DNA of 64,000 nucleotides. Source: Plasmodiophora brassicae. Its lineage: Eukaryota. Every line of letters begins with the position of its first letter. Position 1 is the first letter of the stretch. The notes beneath the pieces were generated by a model, which worked only from the letters and a program-made list of their open reading frames with translations, was not told where the DNA came from and searched no databases. Location: NCBI GenBank assembly GCA_036867785.1, contig CP145413.1, forward strand, positions 248,001 through 312,000, in the 5' to 3' direction. Shown here one piece after another: positions 1 to 12,573 of this stretch. A program made the position numbers and the translations under genes.

Positions 1-123
1 ATGATCGAGGTCCAGCAGGCCGCCATGGCCCATGACTTCATCGAGATCCATCCCAAGCTGTGCCCAGCTGCACTGCATCACGAACGCGAGCAGAGCAACC
101 GTCACCAGCACCCACCGAGCCAT
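1..123 (-). CDS. 5' end of a putative secreted protein (runs off window start)
   Basis: ATG at 123 on the minus strand reads MARWVLVTVALLAFVMQCSWAQLGMDLDEVMGHGGLLDLDH without a stop to the window edge. It has a signal-peptide pattern. Not in the ORF track. Confidence 0.55.
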   Translation of the reverse strand, partial: MARWVLVTVALLAFVMQCSWAQLGMDLDEVMGHGGLLDLDH

Positions 124-511
124 CGTCGCCAGCGGCCCGCGACGAGGTTCACGAATGGACGGAATCGATCTCTGTCAGGTTGATTTTCACCAGCGGTGAC
201 TCACCCGCCGTGACTCAGGCCAGCGAAGTTGGTGGCACCCTTCGTACTGTTGTCTCCTGGAGAACAGCCACGCGTGGGTGGATCCGCAGCACATCGATTC
301 CACCGCACATAGAAGATGAGCGCTGTATGGTCTGGAACCTCGGACAAGAGCGCGCTGGGCATACGCTTCTGCAATGTTCTGGAATCACGGGGAGCAAACA
401 GGTGAAAGTGTATTCTGGATACAGCTAGACTATCCACAGGGCCGACCGGGGGTTGCCCGCTTTATCGACGTCATTCACGAAAAGGTTATGCGTTCAGTGG
501 AGGTGCTCTCG

Positions 512-1285
512 ATGTTATCATACCGTGTTTGGGCGGTTGCCGTTGCGCTCAGCGCTGCTGGCGCATATGGGGCGATTGATCTCCCGGCGCCTGGGCCTCA
601 GGCTGTGAAGGGATCGGTGACGGTGACCGGACACTGGCGTTGCGCCTGGAAGACGGATGCTGCCAACAATCTGATCGAACTCGAGGTGACCTTACTTGAG
701 CCGGGTGAACGCGGCTGGGTCGCTGTCGGCCTGACGAAGACCAGCCCGACGTCCGGGCACCTTATGACCGACAGCCTGATCGGCTGGGTTGACGACGCCG
801 GCGCCGCGCACGTATACGACCAGTTCTCCAAAGCCTATGCGCAACCTGACCTGGACGTGAACGTCGGCGGGCAGGACAACGTGGCGCTGGTCAGCGGGCA
901 GGTAAACGCGGACAAGACAACGACGATCATCATGCGTCGTCGTCTGGTCACCGGCGACACTGCCACCGACATCGATATCGTGAACGGCACGACCACCAAT
1001 ATGCTGTGGGCGCACGGCATCGATGTTCCCGTTGTTAACCAAGGGCCACCGCTGACCCTCTCCTACGGAAAACACGAGGACGACGATCAAGGCATCTTCC
1101 AGGTCAACCTATTCGCCGCAGGCGACACCACGCTAACCCCGGGGCAGACGGGCGATGACGGTAAGGACGGCGCTGGCGGTCCGGACAACACGCCTGGCGC
1201 CATGAAGAGCAACGCCTTCGCGTCACCATCTACAATCGCCACCACCGTCGCCGTTGCTCTCGTCGGGACCGTCGCTGTGCTGTAA
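512..1285 (+). CDS. DOMON-domain protein with signal peptide and probable GPI anchor
   Basis: Hydrophobic N-terminus (VWAVAVALSAAGAYG). DOMON motifs GWVAVG, MTDSLIGWVD, RRLVTGD..D, MLWAHG. Gly/Asp/Pro linker, then a terminal hydrophobic tail (IATTVAVALVGTVAVL). Alternative ATG at 488. Confidence 0.8.
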   Translation: MLSYRVWAVAVALSAAGAYGAIDLPAPGPQAVKGSVTVTGHWRCAWKTDAANNLIELEVTLLEPGERGWVAVGLTKTSPTSGHLMTDSLIGWVDDAGAAHVYDQFSKAYAQPDLDVNVGGQDNVALVSGQVNADKTTTIIMRRRLVTGDTATDIDIVNGTTTNMLWAHGIDVPVVNQGPPLTLSYGKHEDDDQGIFQVNLFAAGDTTLTPGQTGDDGKDGAGGPDNTPGAMKSNAFASPSTIATTVAVALVGTVAVL

Positions 1286-1623
1286 GCACGAACGTTACTG
1301 CTCCATCTCCGCAGCCTAAATACCTGCACGTACGGGCGCCGGCGTTCCATATTCCGTGTGTGCAAACCCAGTCAGTGTAGGTTAGTCGGCGTCGTGCCGG
1401 CGCAGGCCGTGCTGTGCTACCCAGGCGCACGTTTTGGCCGCCCGCCGTGCCAATTCCGTCCTGCGCTGGGCCGTTATTTTGGGCCATGGGCCCGTTGTTC
1501 CCGGCCGCGCTGGTCTAAATCAGTGCACGCGGGCGACCGGAGGAGCTGCCCGCATCGCAGTCGCACCCTGCAGTTCGTCAGACGGGGCTGCCCCGGCAGG
1601 TCATGCGACGGACGTGACGGGGT

Positions 1624-3130
1624 ATGCGGGACAGGATGACCGTGGAGGTGGCCACCATGCTGGGCGGGGCAGGCGGGGACACGGCGGGCGCCCCTGACGA
1701 CGACCGCCATGCGCATTGCGTCGAGGCGGCCATGGAGTTGCTGCGCAGCGAGAAGTCGTTCATCAGCAAGATGCGGATGCTGGACGGCGAGTTCGATCGG
1801 CGACTCAGAGGCCAGTATGCCATCCGGTCGGACGAATTCCCGGAATGGGATGCCACCGTCGACGGTCTGTTCTCGCACGCTGCGCGGTTCGAGAAGGTCC
1901 ATGGGAGGCTGTATAGGACCCTGAAGGACGCCACGCGGCGGTCGGCGATGATCGTCGAGTGCGGGAAGACGTTTCGGGAATTCATCGGCGAAGCAACCCC
2001 GCTGTACGCCGAGTACGCGACAATGTACGCGCAGATGTCGCATTGCCTATGGCGACATCGGAAAGACTTCCCGAGATTTCATGAATTCATTCTGGTTGGC
2101 GAAGCGTGTGCGAAGGAATCGATCGCATCGCTTCGGATATCGCCGATCCAGAGGGTGCCCAGGTACAAACTGCTGCTGAACGAACTGGTGCGCGATCTGG
2201 AACCCGGTTCGATACAACTGGCATCGGTGAAGGAGGCCATCGAGAAGGTGCAATGGCTGGCGAACCAGATTGACGGTGGAATTATGGATGGGTCCCGTCT
2301 GTTGAACCTGGCCACTTTGCAGGATGAGTTCTTCGATGGCCAGGTCAACCTCATATCCCCCGATCGCGAACTTATCAAAACCGGTGAGATGACCAAGGTG
2401 AAACACTGTCGGTAACCGTGAGGCACGGGTTGACTTGCCGTTCGTTCTAGCTCTTTAGCAACCAGTCGCGACATGTGTCCCGAGGCAAACGTCGAAGGTT
2501 TGTCCTGCTTACCGATTGTCTTATATACGCGAAGGTCGACGGTATACACAAGATCAAGCACATCCTGCCCCTTTATCAGATGAAGGTTGTTGATGTGCCT
2601 GACGGCAACGAGGCGAGCGCGTTTCAGCTTGTATCCCCTGTGAAGGTATGTCCTGCTTGGAAACCTTTGCGACGTGTGTTCCTTACAACCATATGCTATC
2701 GCAGACCATAACGTTAGCTGCAGACACGCCTGAGAATAAGGAGGAATGGATGGATGCTATTCAGTCTGCTGTTGACGCTATCGGTGCAACCAGCCCTGGC
2801 GTGGAGCTTCAGGTATTGGTTTCTCATTGATACGAGACGGCTGGTTTAATCTGGTATGCACAGGACTTCGAGTCGAGCTTGCTTCAACCGCCTGCTGTCA
2901 GAAGCGAAAGGTCCAGATCGCTGACGTTCTCCAGGAAGAAGTCTGCGTCGGTAACGCGGCGTCCGTCCTTCCAGTTCTCCGATTCTGCAGCGTACCGAAA
3001 CCCATCCCTTCAAAGTTGCTTCGGCACATTCTCAGAAGAAATGCTATCGTCCCTCGCATCATCGATCAGCGATGCTACCGAGGAGACCTCGAGGCTTTCG
3101 TCCTCCATGTCCACGGATGAACCTCATTAA
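1624..3130 (+). CDS. RhoGEF (DH-PH) protein, multi-exon
   Basis: DH motifs ELLRSEKSFI and ISPIQRVPRYKLLLNEL. PH motifs RELIKTGEMTK, RRFVLLTDCLIYAK and KEEWMDAIQSAV. GT-AG introns at about 2398-2450, 2646-2704 and 2813-2863. Confidence 0.85.
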
Positions 3131-3394
3131 GGTGCACTTGTATTTAAACCATTCGCAGGTCCCTTTGAGGCGACTCATTCGTGCGTGTCGCCTAAACTCG
3201 GTCAGGGACGAGCAGTCGTTTCCCTACGATGCCCGAACAGGGCAGCGTATCTGCTTCACAGGTGCCGTTGCAATCCCTTGGAGGCGCGTCACCCGACCTT
3301 GTGTCATTCGCTGTAACGAGCGCGTCGAGTACAGTAGTACAGGCGCAGCCCCGTTGCACGACTTCACGACAGCCGTGTGGTGTTTCGCTCGCGA

Positions 3395-6300
3395 ATGCCC
3401 TCCCGCTGTACGCTGAGTGGCCTACGTCGCGAGGGCGCAGAGGACCGTTTGTTCACTGTCCTGTGCAATTACCTGTCGCTGGGCCAGTTCCAGCTGGCCG
3501 TCTCCGTCGTCGATGAACTGTTCCCCGTCGCCCCTGCGAGGATCGTTCGTCTGTTGAGATCGCTGGCGTTGCTACCGGCCCCGCCTCACTGGTCCGTCGT
3601 TTCCCTATCCGCCCACCGACACCCATGTCACCCTTCGCTCATAGTGCCAGTAGGCTGTCATCTGCCGCCGTTCCAAACGCGGCGAAGCTCGCCTTCCTGG
3701 TCCGGAACCAATGGGTTCGGCTGTGGTCATCGCATCGGGCGGACTGGGCGTTCCCCTGCGTCTGCGAATTGCGCCTGCATGGTACGCGCCTGCGATCCGG
3801 CTGCACAGACGTGCATCTGACCCCCGGGTAACGATCCACAGTGTCCGACGCGTCGCCGTTCCTGCGAGGTTTGGACCTGGCGTCGAGCCTGCCAGCCCCC
3901 GAACTGACGCATCGCACAGACCTGCCGGTCGGGTCGGTCCGGTTCCGCCTATGGTGTAGCGAGTCGAGCACCGGCGCGCTGGACCTGGATCCTGGGCAAC
4001 GAGCGTCCATCTCCTGCGTTATGTTCGCCGACAGCGTCGTCAGCATCGACGCGATCAGCACGCGACACGGGGCCGTCATCGGGGGCGCGCGCATCCCTAT
4101 GGCCGAGTTCGCCAACCACGACAAGGACGGGTGCCTGCACATCGTGCTCGCCCTGGCCGCAGGCCCGCCGTCAACGATCGACGTCGGGTTCCAGGTCAAG
4201 CAACGAGGGAGGCTACCTGCCGAGCTGGGTGGATTCGACGTTCGCCAGTTCAACAGGATCGAATCGCAGTACATTATGCAGGAACTTCTCGGTGTGGTAC
4301 CGGCGGCACGCCCGTCGTCCTTCGGGTGCTGACGCCCAGTGCTGAAGGTGACGCATCGGCCGTCGACGAATGGGAGCGGAGTGCCTCGGGCGAGATCACG
4401 CGAGCGTTGTTCGCGACGGACCCGCTCCTGACGATGCAGATGCTCGCCCTGACGCCCCGTCCCAAGGTCTGGACTCAAAAGGCCTGTGTAGCGCAATGGA
4501 GCGGTGCACCCCAATCGTTGCTCATGTGTGCACCCTGCAGGTCATCATCAACCGCCTGCTGGCCTGCGACTTCCAGTCCGCCTGTCGCTGCCTGGCCCAT
4601 TACGTTGCTGGTCACGACGACTGGCTCGACCTTCTCGAGCTGGTGCTCATGTACGCGTACGATCACCCAGTGTTCGTGCGCCTTCCATGGGTGCCCATCG
4701 CAGGAGCGCTTACCCCTTGTCAGGTGGGCCTCTATGCGAAGCACGTTGTTCAAGGAGGCTGGCGTCGCTGCCGATGGATGCACGAGTCGGGAGGCAGGGC
4801 GGTCCCGGCAGTGTCGGCAGGTTCTAGCCATGGCCGTCCTGGGCATCGTACCAGACAAGGGTACCGTATCGAGCATCATGTCGCACGTCGACGACTTTGT
4901 CCGACAATGGGACCCGCTTGTCGACGGCCGCCTTCCGAATTGCTTTCTCGAGTACTCCGCGTCCTGCAACGTACGATCAGGATCAGCCACCGGGGAACCT
5001 GAGTGCTCTAACGGCGCCCGAACGCAGGCATCGTACAGGCAGGCGCAGACCCGGTTCTGGACCGAGTACCGGACCATCGTTCGGGTGCACCGCCTACCCG
5101 CTCTGGAATACCCGGTGCAATGCGCCTTGCATTACATTCGAAACCGCGAGGTACGTGCGCGTTTCAGGACGGGGTGTCCGCCTCGTCGGAGGTCGTACTC
5201 TGACGCACGACTGGCACCAGTGGAACATGGCCCGACTCGCGATTCTGCCGTTCCCGAACTTGCATTCCCAGGTGGTGCTGGCCGCGTTAGACGACCATGG
5301 CGGGACGGGCGGCGGGTTCGAGTTCAACCGGTGCCTGTTCGAGGAGATGTGGCGGCATCGCCCGTCGGACACGCTGGCGTGGGCGCATCACCCGAGCGAT
5401 CGGCGCTGCACCATGGTCCAGTTCTACATCGACCTGGTTGGCACGGCCGTCTCGGATCCGATCGAGCAGGCCAGCGTGCTGTCCGATCTCGTTCGATCAC
5501 GGGACGTCGACCTGTTGACACATTTAGGACGCGTCCTGACCAGCGTCCCGCATCGAGACGGCCGCTCTGGCCAGATTGCTCGCTTCCGAGAGACGCACAG
5601 CAGGACCAGGGTTTGGTGTTGAGCACACGCGTCGTTGACAGTCGGGGGTTCACCGTTGGCAACAGGGGGACGACTTCGACCATGGGGCGCATACGCTGCT
5701 GGCGTGCTCGGCGCTGGACGCGTTTCACGACCAGGTCACCGCTGGCGAACGCGATTTCCCCATGAGTCTCTCGGCGACGATCAGCGCGATCGCTGACTAT
5801 ATCGCCCAGATGGACATGGTTCGTCGTGTGCACCTTGTCGTCGCTGTTGTTGCCGTGATCTGAACGGGGGCGCGTGCAGGCACAGTACAAAGTGGACCTC
5901 GTCCGGTCGATGTTCGTCCTTCTCTTCTGTGTCCGCCCCGATCAGCCCGGCGACAAATCGGGCCGCGTCCGCTTCTGCCTGACGTTGGCGCATTTCACCC
6001 GCCTTCTACAAGCCCTCCAACGTCAGATCCAGGCGGTCCAGGACAAAGGCGTGCCCAACGACGAAGTGCAGGTACGCCTAAGGGCATTCGAATCGGTTCC
6101 GCAATGAGCTCATGCCGCTGGGCAGAAGGCAATCGGCGACCTGGACGACGTCATCGTCGACTGCCTGCGACGAAGCGATGCCGTGCGACAGCTGGACGGG
6201 ATCCAGGCGACTCTCCACGACGTGTCAGCGCCTATCGACGCGATCCGCATCCGGTTCGTCGAACGCGGACAGGTCGCCCCCTCCCGACTGGACACGATCG

Positions 6301-8759
6301 TCGTGAAGGCCACCCGTTGTGACCGCGTCCCACAGGTGGAGACGGGCCGTCGAGCGTTGCGATTCTACGACGACGCCGGACGCAGCGTCTTCGATGCCAC
6401 GACACTGTCCGGCCGATCGATCGCATGGCGGGGTCGTCGCTGACGCTGACGACAACGACGTCGAACAGATGGGATGACCTGCTCCACTCCGTCCAGGGCG
6501 CCGATACCGACTCGGTCGTCTCCCTCCTGACGGGTGCCGATATGACCTGTACGAAACGCGTTCGACAACCTCAGGGCCACCGTCGTCTGACGATGCGTTC
6601 GTCCAGCCTGGGAACGGTTCCAGCACGCGATCGACCTCGTCCTGGTCCACAGCGACGTCCGTCCCGCCCTGATGCCTATCGTCCAGTCATCGCTTCAGGC
6701 GTGCCCTGACTTTGTACGTCGTCTCGTCGGCACGTTTGCTACGTGTCGTACTGACGACGTTCCCCCACAGGATCGGGAACAGGCGATGTTGGCGGAACAG
6801 GCCCTGGCGTTAGCGACCGCCGACTCCCCTAGCGCGGATGCTGTGGAACAGTACCACACACACACACACACCTGGATGGTGCCTGTTCACGATCTTCTTA
6901 CCCGGCTCGCTGCAGGGATACCGGAACGGCGGTCTGTGCCGACGGCGCCCTGCTGGAGGCGATCAGGGAGGCGGCGAAGGGCGACGCGTGCTGCGGGCTC
7001 CTGCTCACCATGCAGTACGCGATCCGCTCGGCGACGACGTTGGCCGACCTGGACCGGGCGATTCGGGAATGCGACGGCTACGTGGCTCGATGTGCCGGCG
7101 ATGCTGAATGGGTCCACTCGCGGCTGCTGCGCGTTCGAGCCTGGGCCAGCATCAACCAGGTCGTGTGCCTCCCCCGGGCGCATCGTAGCGCCGCCCGGAA
7201 CCCTGACAGCGACGTTAGGCGTCGGCGACGATCAACAGGCCGACGTTGCATCACCTGTGCGACAACCTGTGGGTGGCAGATCCCGCCCAGGACGACGATC
7301 TTGTGGTCACGGTACGTCGTTGGCAGGCGGCGACGAGCGAACGCGGCATGCTGACCCGAAACACTGACAGATGCTCAGCGAACGGGTCGGTCAGGCGCCG
7401 TGCCAAGAGCGCATCGCACGCGACGCGCTACAGGCCATCGGCGAACTCGTGCACGACGCCAACGGGGATCGCGTCCGGGAATTTCGCGACCACGTCCTTC
7501 AGGTGCTGCTGGAGAACCGCCCCGAAGGCCAGTCGCTCGACGACCTGTACGCCGACCTGATGATGTTCACGTCGCCGAGTCACTGCGCCCGCATCACGCT
7601 GGACGTCATCACACTGTTCCGGTGGGAACGCGCGTCCTGGGAACCGCTTGGACTCGTCTGTGGAATGGTGACGACGTTGCCGGCAGGGATGCCGATCGCG
7701 CGCGTCGCCTGGTCAGGCACAACGTCGGGAACCTGCAGAACGGCGCCGGCAATGGGGGACGCGAAGCCCGGGCGCAGCTGGCCAGGTTCGAGCGCTTGTC
7801 CGCGTTCCTCGACGTGTACGTGGCCACGCCGGCTGAGATGATGGACTGGGTCGACTATCTGCATCGCTGCGATGCTGACTTTGCTGGAGCCCTGGCCCAG
7901 GCGTGCAACAATGCTCAATCGATGCGGCTGGGTTGGTGTTCGCGATCCCGAATGCCGGTCAGAGAGGGGGGTGGCTGATGCGCGTTCGATTAGCGAGCGG
8001 GTTGGTCGCGTTGTTCGAGAAGGGCGTGTTCGAGGTGCCCGGCGACTTCAACTACGCCAAGTTCGCCCTGCAACGGCAGACGATCTCGATTGCGATGTGC
8101 TTCCAGGAGAACTCGACCGTCCAGGAGCGGATGGTCGGGTGCGATCGTCTCGCGGCCGTCGATCTCGATTCGCTTGCCGCCATTCGGTAAGCGACACGGT
8201 CGGGCGTTAGCTTTAACCGAGCCATTGACAGTATATCGGGCCCCTAGTCCCCTACTGTTACGCCTGGTGCAAACCCCAGATCACCATGCAATCGTGGCAA
8301 CGCTAATGGCTAGGCGAATCCCAGTCGAGGTCTATGTGATAGTAGTCGTTAATGTGAGCGCTGCGCTGATGGCTCCTCTGGCAGGGTGAACCATGCGATG
8401 ACGGTTTGGCCGACACGACTTCCGATTGCCCGATATCGTTGTACGAGCGAATACTGGCCAGGCCCTCGTCCAGCGTGCAGCAAGATGATGCACTGCTGAA
8501 CGCAGTGGAGAGATGGACGTCTGACCACGAGTGGCAGTTGAAGGCTGGCATTGACTTCGTGGTGGCGTGCTATTCAAAATGTCGCGACAGGAAACGGGTA
8601 TGACATCGTGGTCGCTGCCCCCAGCTGTGTCGTGCTAATCACCGTTTGGAACGGCGGCAGGCGACACGGCATCGCGACCGGCTCATCGCAAGGCTGCCGG
8701 CAACGTCCCCATACGAACGCGGCATCGTCGCCTACATGCAGGCGATGCCAATCCATTAG
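3395..8759 (+). CDS. Large multi-exon helical protein; N-terminus resembles ZFYVE26/spastizin-like proteins
   Basis: Chain of coding-like exons joined by many short GT-AG introns. N-terminal LFTVLCNYLSLGQFQLA...RIVRLLRSL resembles, from memory, the ZFYVE26-family N-terminus. Last exon ends AYMQAMPIH-TAG. The exon structure is approximate and the region might be more than one gene. Confidence 0.4.
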
Positions 8760-8801
8760 GCCTGCGCACGCCCAGTTAGTAATCTAATGAAGAGTATCTG
8801 T

Positions 8802-9544
8802 TCAGTACATGCTTGAAATATGGTTCGACAGACCGCGAGGCTTTTCCAGCCTGTCCTTGTTCTTCGTGATCTGCGTCCGCGAATCAGCAAGGGGCAAATC
8901 GGCAACAGATATGTCCCTACCATGTCGAACAGGACGGCGTAGTTGTTTCGCAGGTCCAGGCAGCAATGGCGCAGCAAGAGGTGTTTCTTCTCGTCGAGCT
9001 CGGCGATGCCACGATGGTAATCATCTACATTCGGGTACTTGTTCAGCTTCGTGATGAGCTTGCCGCGCGTCGCGTAATATTTCGTAAAGGTGTCCAGGAA
9101 CCCGAGGCCGCTGTTCTTTCCGGCTTCAAGCATGCCGGCAATTTCCTCCTGAATCGACACGCCAAAGTTGTTCCCATCCTGGATGCTGGGGATGTTCAAC
9201 TGCACCCACAGCTTCAAAACGTCCAGGTACTGGATCAGCTCCAGGATCTCGACTTTCAAGACTTCCAGCAGCTGCGTCACGCCCCGGTTCGCCAGGGCGC
9301 CGTTCTTCACCACCTCAAGCGCATCATGCGACGACGTCTTCGAGTTTTTGTACAACTCGGTCAGGCGGATCACCTTCCTGGGCATGATCTTCTCAATGAC
9401 GTGCTCGGCCTGCTCCGAGATCGACGCCTTCAGCGCGGACAGCTCCAGCGGCTTGCCGTCCTCGCCAATCTGGACGGCGCCGATCGACGCGGCCGCAATC
9501 GACGCGGCCGATTCCGCCATGTGCGCAGCGTCGCCTGACGACAT
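8802..9544 (-). CDS. PSME3: Proteasome activator PA28/REG (11S) subunit
   Basis: Family signature LKLWVQLNIPSIQDGNNFGVSIQEE, plus KYYATRGKL and DLRNNYAVLFDM. One intron near 8872-8920 gives a C-terminus ending ISSMY. Confidence 0.88.
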
Positions 9545-9895
9545 CGCTCCTGACGAATCCGCTGGGCACCACCGGCGGGCGACTGACTGGCGACTCCGTC
9601 ACGGACTTCGGCGTTTCGGCCCGCCGCTCGACCGCCCGGCGCCCACCCACCCGAAGGCCGCTGCCCCCCGCCTCCCACTTCTGCGGCGCTGCCGCTCGGA
9701 GCGGTGTTCGCGTCGTCCCCCGCCCGTTCGATACAGTCCCCGGGCCCGGCCGCCCGGTCATTGCGCAGATTTGTAAGCGATCGTACGGTCGCGCGGTACC
9801 GTCCTCGGCGCCGCAATGGTAAAGGAAATCGCCGATCGCACCGCCAGATACAAGTGTGCCAGTAGTGATCGATCCTGTACGTGGCATTCGCGAAC

Positions 9896-11019
9896 ATGAG
9901 CGCCGACGGTGACGTGATCACGCCGACGTGGTCGTGGGGCATGGTGGCGCTGAGTTTCCTGGTGTCGGTGATTGGGTCGACCACGGCGATCTCGTTGAAC
10001 GACCTTCGCAGGCAGTCGCTGGAGCAGGGTCGGTCCCGGGCGCTGCTTGCTGGCGTCTCGTTCTGCATCGGCGGGATTGCGATCTTCACGATGCACTTCG
10101 TGGGCATGGGAGGCATCATCCTCGCGTCCCCCGTCACTGGCCAGGCGTTGCCCATCACGTACGACGTCGCGCTAACGCTCCTGTCGATGCTGTGCGGAAT
10201 GGCCAGCGTCTGGCTCGGCCTGTACATCGTGTCGAAGGATCCCTACTGGGCCGAGGTCGTCCGGGAGAAGCGGGTCGCCCTGATGATCGAGCACACCAAG
10301 CAACTCAGCCTGGAGGAGGCCAGCAACGTCTGGAAGGTCCGCGCCACTGTCCTATTCAACAGCCCCTGGCGCATCCTGGCGGGCGGCACCTGCATCGGTA
10401 CGTTCAGGAGCGAGCCGTCGAGCGGCGCGCCGCTGACAGTACATCGTCATGGTACAGCCGTTGGCGTCTGCTCCATGCACTACTGCGGTATGGCGGCCAT
10501 GCGGTTCGACGCGACGATGACCGTTCGACCCGGCATCGTCGTCCTGTCGTTCATCATCGCCCTGATCGCCGCCTGCACCGGCTCCTGGCTGATCTTCCGC
10601 GTCCTGACGTTCAACCCACAGCTGGCGCTCCGCACGTTATGCTCGTTCGTCATCGGTCCGTCCTGTGCCCCTGCAACGGCCCACCCGTCCCTGAGCGCTC
10701 CATAGCAATCGCGGTGTGTGGGATGCACTACACGGGAATGTATGGCGTCGAGTACAGGTACTCGCCGAACCTCGAGTCGTCTGGCGCCCAGTTCGGGGCC
10801 ACGTTCCCGCAGTCGGTCAGCGTCATTGCGTTCGTGGTCTGCTTCTCGGTGGACGCCTGGATTCGCGACCAGCTCCTGGCCCAGATCCGTTCGTTGTCGC
10901 CGCCCACGAAGACGGCGCTCGCGTCGGGTGCAACGAGTCCCGGGGCCGTGAAACTGGAGGCCAGGCCCATGTACGCGGCGCCTTCGTCGAACGTCGCGGC
11001 CCACATCCCTGAAATCTGA
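9896..11019 (+). CDS. Stand-alone MHYT-domain membrane sensor, copy 1
   Basis: VALSFLVSVIGS, then three motifs MHFVGM, MHYCGM and MHYTGM among hydrophobic helices. Introns 10398-10457 and 10656-10705 restore the frame. Confidence 0.88.
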
Positions 11020-11350
11020 GCCCCATGCGGCCCTACACGCCCAACGCTGAACCTAAGGAGACCCCGCCGCACGCCTGACTGCTGTAATAAAGAGAGTGGC
11101 AGCAACGACGACAGGTACAGGTACGCGCGCCCGGTTGGGCTACCTAGCCTCCACTGGCAGCGTAACGACGTCTGTGACGACACTGATCGAAGGTCGGAGA
11201 CGTCCTCCGAAGGCGTACTAGTCGACGATGTGTAGGCAGTAGTAGATCGCGGTGTCTTTGATCCTGCTGGGCATCGGTTTCATCTCAGGCGGATTCCCGA
11301 ACAAGCAATCTCTGCCCAGGGACAGGGGCGATCGGTCATAGGCGCCGAGG

Positions 11351-12472
11351 ATGGTCCATGAAGGCGACGTGATTGTACCAAGGTGGTCGTGGGAGATGGT
11401 GTCGCTTAGCTTCCTGGTGTCCCTGATCGGTGCGACGACCGCGATCGCGCTGAACGACCTACGGCGGAAGTCGACGACGACGGGTCGGTCCCGGGCGCTG
11501 CTCGCCGCTGTATCGTTCTGCATCGGCGGGATCGCCGTCTTCATGATGCACTTTGTCGGCATGGGCGGCATCATCCTCATATCGCCAGACACCGGCCTGC
11601 CCATGCCCATCACGTACGACGTCCTGCTGACGCTCCTGTCGATCTTGGTGGCGGTCGCCGGCGCCTGGCTCGGCCTGTTCATTGTATCGAAGGACCCGTT
11701 CTGGGCCGAGGTCGTCCGGGAGAAGCGCGTCGCCCTGATGATCGAACACACGAAGTACCTGACCATGACGGACGCCAGCAATGTTCATAAAGTGAGGGCC
11801 ACTGTCCTATTCAACAGCCCCTGGCGAATCCTGGCGGGTGGCCTCTGCATCGGTCCGTCACCGGCATACACGTGCACCACCTGATGCCCACTGAACCGGT
11901 CCCTATAGCCATTGGCGTCTGCTCCATGCATTACTGTGGCATGTGCGCCATGCGACTGAACGCGACCATGACCGTCCGCCCCGGCATCGTCGTCCTGTCC
12001 TTCGTCATCGCCCTGGTCGCCGCCTGCGCCGGCTCCTGGCTCATCTTCCGCGTCCTGACGTTCAACTCGACGTTGCTCGTGCGCACGTCGTGCTCGTTCG
12101 TCATAGGTCGGTCGGTTCCCTGTGCGCCACACGACGTCGTTGTAATCGGTTGGTCTAGCGCTGGCTGTCTGCGGGATGCATTACACGGGCATGTATGGCG
12201 TCGAGTACCGGTACACGTCGTACCGGGTGTCGACGGGGCCCGAGTTCGGCACGACGTTGCCGCAGACGGTCAGCGTCCTCGCGTTCCTGCTCTGCTTCGG
12301 GTTCGACGCCTGGGTTCGCGATCAGCTTCTCTCGCAGATCGCGTTGTTCTCAGCGTCGACAAAGACGGCCCCGTTGACGGCCATGGACGCAGGGCCCACG
12401 AAACTGGAGGCCAGAGCCCACCACGTCGACGTCACGCCGCCCAGCACCATCAGTGATGCCGACAGGGCCTGA
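11351..12472 (+). CDS. Stand-alone MHYT-domain membrane sensor, copy 2
   Basis: Same three MHYT motifs. Introns 11853-11908 and 12107-12158 lie at positions homologous to copy 1. Confidence 0.88.
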
Positions 12473-12573
12473 GCACCCATCCGATACGTCGATACTAAAA
12501 GGGCGGCTCGCTGCCTATTTGCTATGCGTCGTGGGATCGAACGGTACGAGGCACATCTGGGCCAGCAGGCAGG

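Noticed and set aside
6855-6871. (CA)n microsatellite, with a similar (TG)n near 32087
   Set aside because: Short and ordinary, in an intron or UTR.
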